Origin: Octopus sinensis
Taxonomy: Eukaryota
DNA: 64,000 nucleotides
Assembly: GCF_006345805.1 (NCBI RefSeq)
Contig: NC_043026.1
Coordinates: 6,200,001-6,264,000, forward strand
Direction: 5' to 3'
Positions 40,040-64,000 of the stretch are shown piece by piece (the first letter of the stretch is position 1; each line of letters begins with the position of its first letter). Under the pieces are notes generated by a model. The model saw only the letters and a list, made by a program, of their open reading frames with translations, was not told where the DNA came from and made no database searches. The translations under genes and the position numbers were made by a program.

Positions 40040-40500
40040 ATCTGTGGTACACTGACATCCCAAGAACACAAAAACAGTGCCACCTGACCACGCCCACTTC
40101 GTTGATAACACAGTGACATCACATAAACACAGTGCCACCTGACCACGCCCACTTGATTTATAGCACAGTGACATCACAAGAACACAGTGCCACCTGACCA
40201 CGCCCACTTCGTTGATAGCACAGTGACATCACAAGAACACAGTGCCACCTGACCACGCCCACTTCATTGATAGCACAGTGACATCACAAGAACACAGTGC
40301 CACCTGACCCCGCCCATTTCATTGATAGCACAGTGACATCAAGACCACAAACAGTTCACCTGACCACGCCCACTTCATTGATGACATAGAGACATCACAA
40401 GAACATGAATAATGCCACCTGAACCCGCCCACCTTATCATTGACAAAATGACATCACAAGAACACAGTGGCACCTGACCACGCCCACATCACAAGAACAC
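40040..40500. repeat. 55-bp minisatellite, ~8 copies
   Basis: cacctgacca at 40081, 40136, 40191, 40246, 40301. Confidence 0.9.
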
Positions 40501-41184
40501 ACTGTCAGATAGCCACACCCACTTTACCAGTGGCACATTCTTATCACAAGGCCACAAACCCTTCAACAATATAACATTAAGATACTAAGGACCCATGGCA
40601 CACAAACCTCTCTCTGTATTCACCTCTGTACACCTTTCTTCATCACCTTTTGAGCTTTAAAATCTCTACCACTCATGGATTTGCTTATAAAATATTTCTT
40701 AAAAATGGATTACCTGTGATCCCTAGAAATATTTCTTTATATTCAGAATTGTCAAAGCATGGACTAAACTCCCTACATCAGCTTTTACTTGTCTGCACAC
40801 CGTATCCTTCAGAAATCCAATGATTCCCTAAATTCCTTAACACCGCCGCCCCTGTCTTTCTTTACTTGACTTATGTGCCTGCTTTCTGTCCCCTCTTTTG
40901 CCCTTTTCTGACAAATCGTAGAGTACGTACCCTAGCACTCTATACATTAAGCTTTGTTTATTATTCCCATCAAAGATACCTAAAAAAATTGAGTACCAAA
41001 AAAAAAAAAAAAAAGAAGAATTTTTTTTTAAATTGAGTAATATCTGGACCTAACCAGGGAGATGAAGGGGCTGTAAGGACCCTGAGAAAAGTTCTTAAGA
41101 TTTGAGAAGACCCATTACCCCAACAAACTAACATTTTGATTAGTCAAAAGTGTATCCTGAGCATTGTAAATACACAATAAGCTC

Positions 41185-41470
41185 ACTATTATTTTTATTA
41201 TTATTATTATTGAAACAAAGCTCTGGTTTGGTCTTATTCCTGGTTGGGTTTTTGTTGGTAGCGGGTTACTGCCTGTAACCCTAGGTGCTCACTTGTTTTC
41301 GGCAGCCTTTCAAGTGCTTGGAACCCCTCCCTGATAACCCTTGCTGCTGTCCCTAAAATACAAACTTTCTGTTGGAGCTCCACAAGGCATTCTGTTTCTA
41401 ACAAACTTTCTGTAGAAATTATTATTATTATTATTATATTATTGTTGTTGTTATTATAAATCCCTTTGTG
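41185..41470 (-). mobile_element. R4/Dong-like non-LTR 3' fragment
   Basis: ELQQKVCILGTAARVIRE resembles the LQK.VLLGTARILR C-terminus; (TAA)n tail. Confidence 0.5.
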
Positions 41471-41708
41471 AAATAGCATCACATTACCCCCAGCAAATAT
41501 AAAACTGGTGTTAGCTAGCACTCTAGTCCCCTACTCGGTCGCACGCCAACACGACAACGTGACAAAGTGACATCACGACACACGCAGACTAGCTCACCCC
41601 CCCTAGCCCCGTCCTTCTACCCTCGTGCATCGCAGTGCAACCCACCCCCTCGCTAGTGCTTAGCTCATTACATCATCTCCCTTTTAATATTTGCCCGTTG
41701 CCACCATC

Positions 41709-41722
41709 GTTGTCATGGTAAC
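41709..41722 (+). promoter_or_regulatory. RFX X-box GTTGTCATGGTAAC in CpG-rich promoter of the C1orf87-like gene
   Basis: 14-bp imperfect palindrome close to GTTGCCATGGCAAC, 54 bp upstream of the ATG, inside unique CpG-containing sequence 41520-41800. Confidence 0.65.
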
Positions 41723-41775
41723 TATAACAGATTCGACAGAGGCCCCAGGAGGAGTGTAAAACTGAAACTGCAGAA

Positions 41776-62190
<20,415 letters not shown>

Positions 62191-62889
62191 GGGTCAACGA
62201 ACATCTCGTCTCCACCCACGACCACCACTGCTGCCGCTGCCGTCACCCTTTGAATCAGTGGAGGTGGGGGTTGGTGAGAGGGGGGAGGGGTGGAGCAGTG
62301 AGATAATGTGGTGTTGTTATTGTTGTTGTTGTTGATGCTGACTTATAGGAGTGAATGACCCCTGGAGGGGGAAAAAAGGATTGAGTGCATGTGTGTGTGT
62401 GAGAAACCATATACATACATGAGTGTGTGTGTGAGTGTATATATGTGCATGTGTGTGTGAGTATATGTATGTATGAGTGTGTGTGAGAAAGTATATGTGT
62501 GTGTGCATGTGTGTGTATGTTATTGGGATTGAGTGAGGGCATGAGGTTAACTGAATGAATGTGAGTGGTGAGTGAGAGTGAGAGTGAGTGTGACTGAGTG
62601 AGTGTTAGTATGAGTCAGTGAATGTAGGAGCATTTCGTGAGTGTACCTCAAAGTAGACTTGCAAACACAGATGGACAACTTAATTTTGATATACTTTCAT
62701 GAAGTAACAGCATGTTAGCGTCCTCATCACCACCACAGACATCAGTATCCAGTTTCATTTCCATCTCAGATATCAAACCCATTCCACATTCCATCTCTAC
62801 TCTCTCCTGTCACATCATCCCCCACTCTTCTTCCTTTACTCCTCACAAAATCAAACCTTTCGAGTTATTACCCTATTCCACCTTTTTCC

Positions 62890-63440
62890 AACACATGACA
62901 ACCTACAGTTGTCAACCAACAGCTGTCAAACAGCAATTGTCAATTTCCAGCTGTCAACTAACAGCTGTTGTCTGACAGTTGTCAAATGGCAATTGTCAAT
63001 TTCCAGCTGTTGTCCAACAGTTGTCAACCAACAGCAATTGTCAATCATCAGCTGCTAGCTAGCATTTGTCAATCAACCGCTGCCAACCAGCAGTTGTCAA
63101 TCAAGAGCTGTCAACCAACAGTAGTCACTCTGCAGTTGTCAATGAACAGCTGTCAACCAATGGATATCCTATTACTCTCAACCTACAGATCTCTTGCAGA
63201 TATCAACAAGATATGTCCTACTGGTGTCAACTTATAGATGTCCTGCAGATGTCAACCTGCAGATGTTCAACTGACATCAGCATCCAAAAGTCAGCCTATT
63301 AATGAACTAAAATTGTCAATCTATAGACATCAAGAGACACTGTCCTACCAACATCAACCTACAGATGTGAACTATAGATATCCTGCAGATCTCCAACAGA
63401 TATCACATAACAGATCTTCTAGAGATATCAGACTAAAGAT
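62890..63440. repeat. Degenerate TGTCAA / GATATC-type low-complexity repeat
   Basis: Many (c/g/t)tgtcaa units, then agatatc/gatgtcaac units. Confidence 0.6.
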
Positions 63441-63724
63441 TTCTTTCAGACCTACTCAGACGCAAGACATTCTATTGCGCTGTGGCACCATCTTACAGCC
63501 AGATGGACTGAACTGTTGATGGTTAAGCGTCCCCTTAAACTTGATCCTTATTTGATTAACACTGTGACAAACCCCTACCAACACCATGAGAGGCTTCTTA
63601 TCCTATCCATCCCTGCCACTCCATAATAAAATATTTCCAGTTCCTAAACATTGTCCTTTTATAAGAAAAAAGAAAAAAAACTGTGGAGGAGGGTTAAGCC
63701 TGTTACACACGTGAGAATGGATGT

Positions 63725-63767
<43 letters not shown>

Positions 63768-63778
63768 ATATGTGTACA

Positions 63779-63832
<54 letters not shown>

Positions 63833-64000
63833 CATAATATATATATATATATGTGTGTGTGTATATGTACATATATGTGTGTGTATATATGTATACATGA
63901 GTGTGTGTATATGTATGTAATGATGTGTGTGTGTGTGTATATATATATATATACAGATGGAATGTGTGTGTGTGTGTATATATATATATACAGATGGAAT

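Noticed and set aside
40560-41015. Possible poly(A)-tailed retroelement or processed pseudogene
   Set aside because: A-run at ~40998-41014 but no recognisable protein motif or TSD; unsupported.

Overview
Eukaryotic, AT-rich, microsatellite- and SINE-dense genomic DNA. The repeat families look like those of Octopus (coleoid cephalopod); this is recognition from memory, not a database result. Three spliced protein-coding genes can be assembled by hand with GT-AG introns and consistent phases: (1) mitochondrial ATP synthase subunit delta (ATP5F1D), minus strand, 4 exons, 165 aa, 8303->2365; (2) a NIPAL2/3-like NIPA-family Mg2+ transporter, minus strand, 7-8 exons found (31855->18500), whose 5' exons are missing and probably lie in or beyond the 100-N scaffold gap at 32746-32845; (3) a C1orf87-like uncharacterised protein, plus strand, 12 exons, ~711 aa, 41776->62190, with an RFX X-box just upstream of its first exon. 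The rest is tRNA-derived SINEs, RTE/CR1/R4-like LINE ends, mariner fragments, hAT, piggyBac and Tc1-type MITEs, non-autonomous Helitrons and several tandem arrays. No CRISPR, rRNA or true tRNA gene is supported, and almost all long ORFs in the supplied track are microsatellite artefacts. The most unusual structures are a compound hAT-mariner-hAT element with one shared 8-bp TSD, an RTE LINE end carrying 8 internal ~271-bp tandem copies, a 107-bp target-site duplication, a TIR element holding a copy of sequence from 5 kb away, and long intronic inverted repeats in the NIPAL gene. I found no convincing wholly new multi-gene system.
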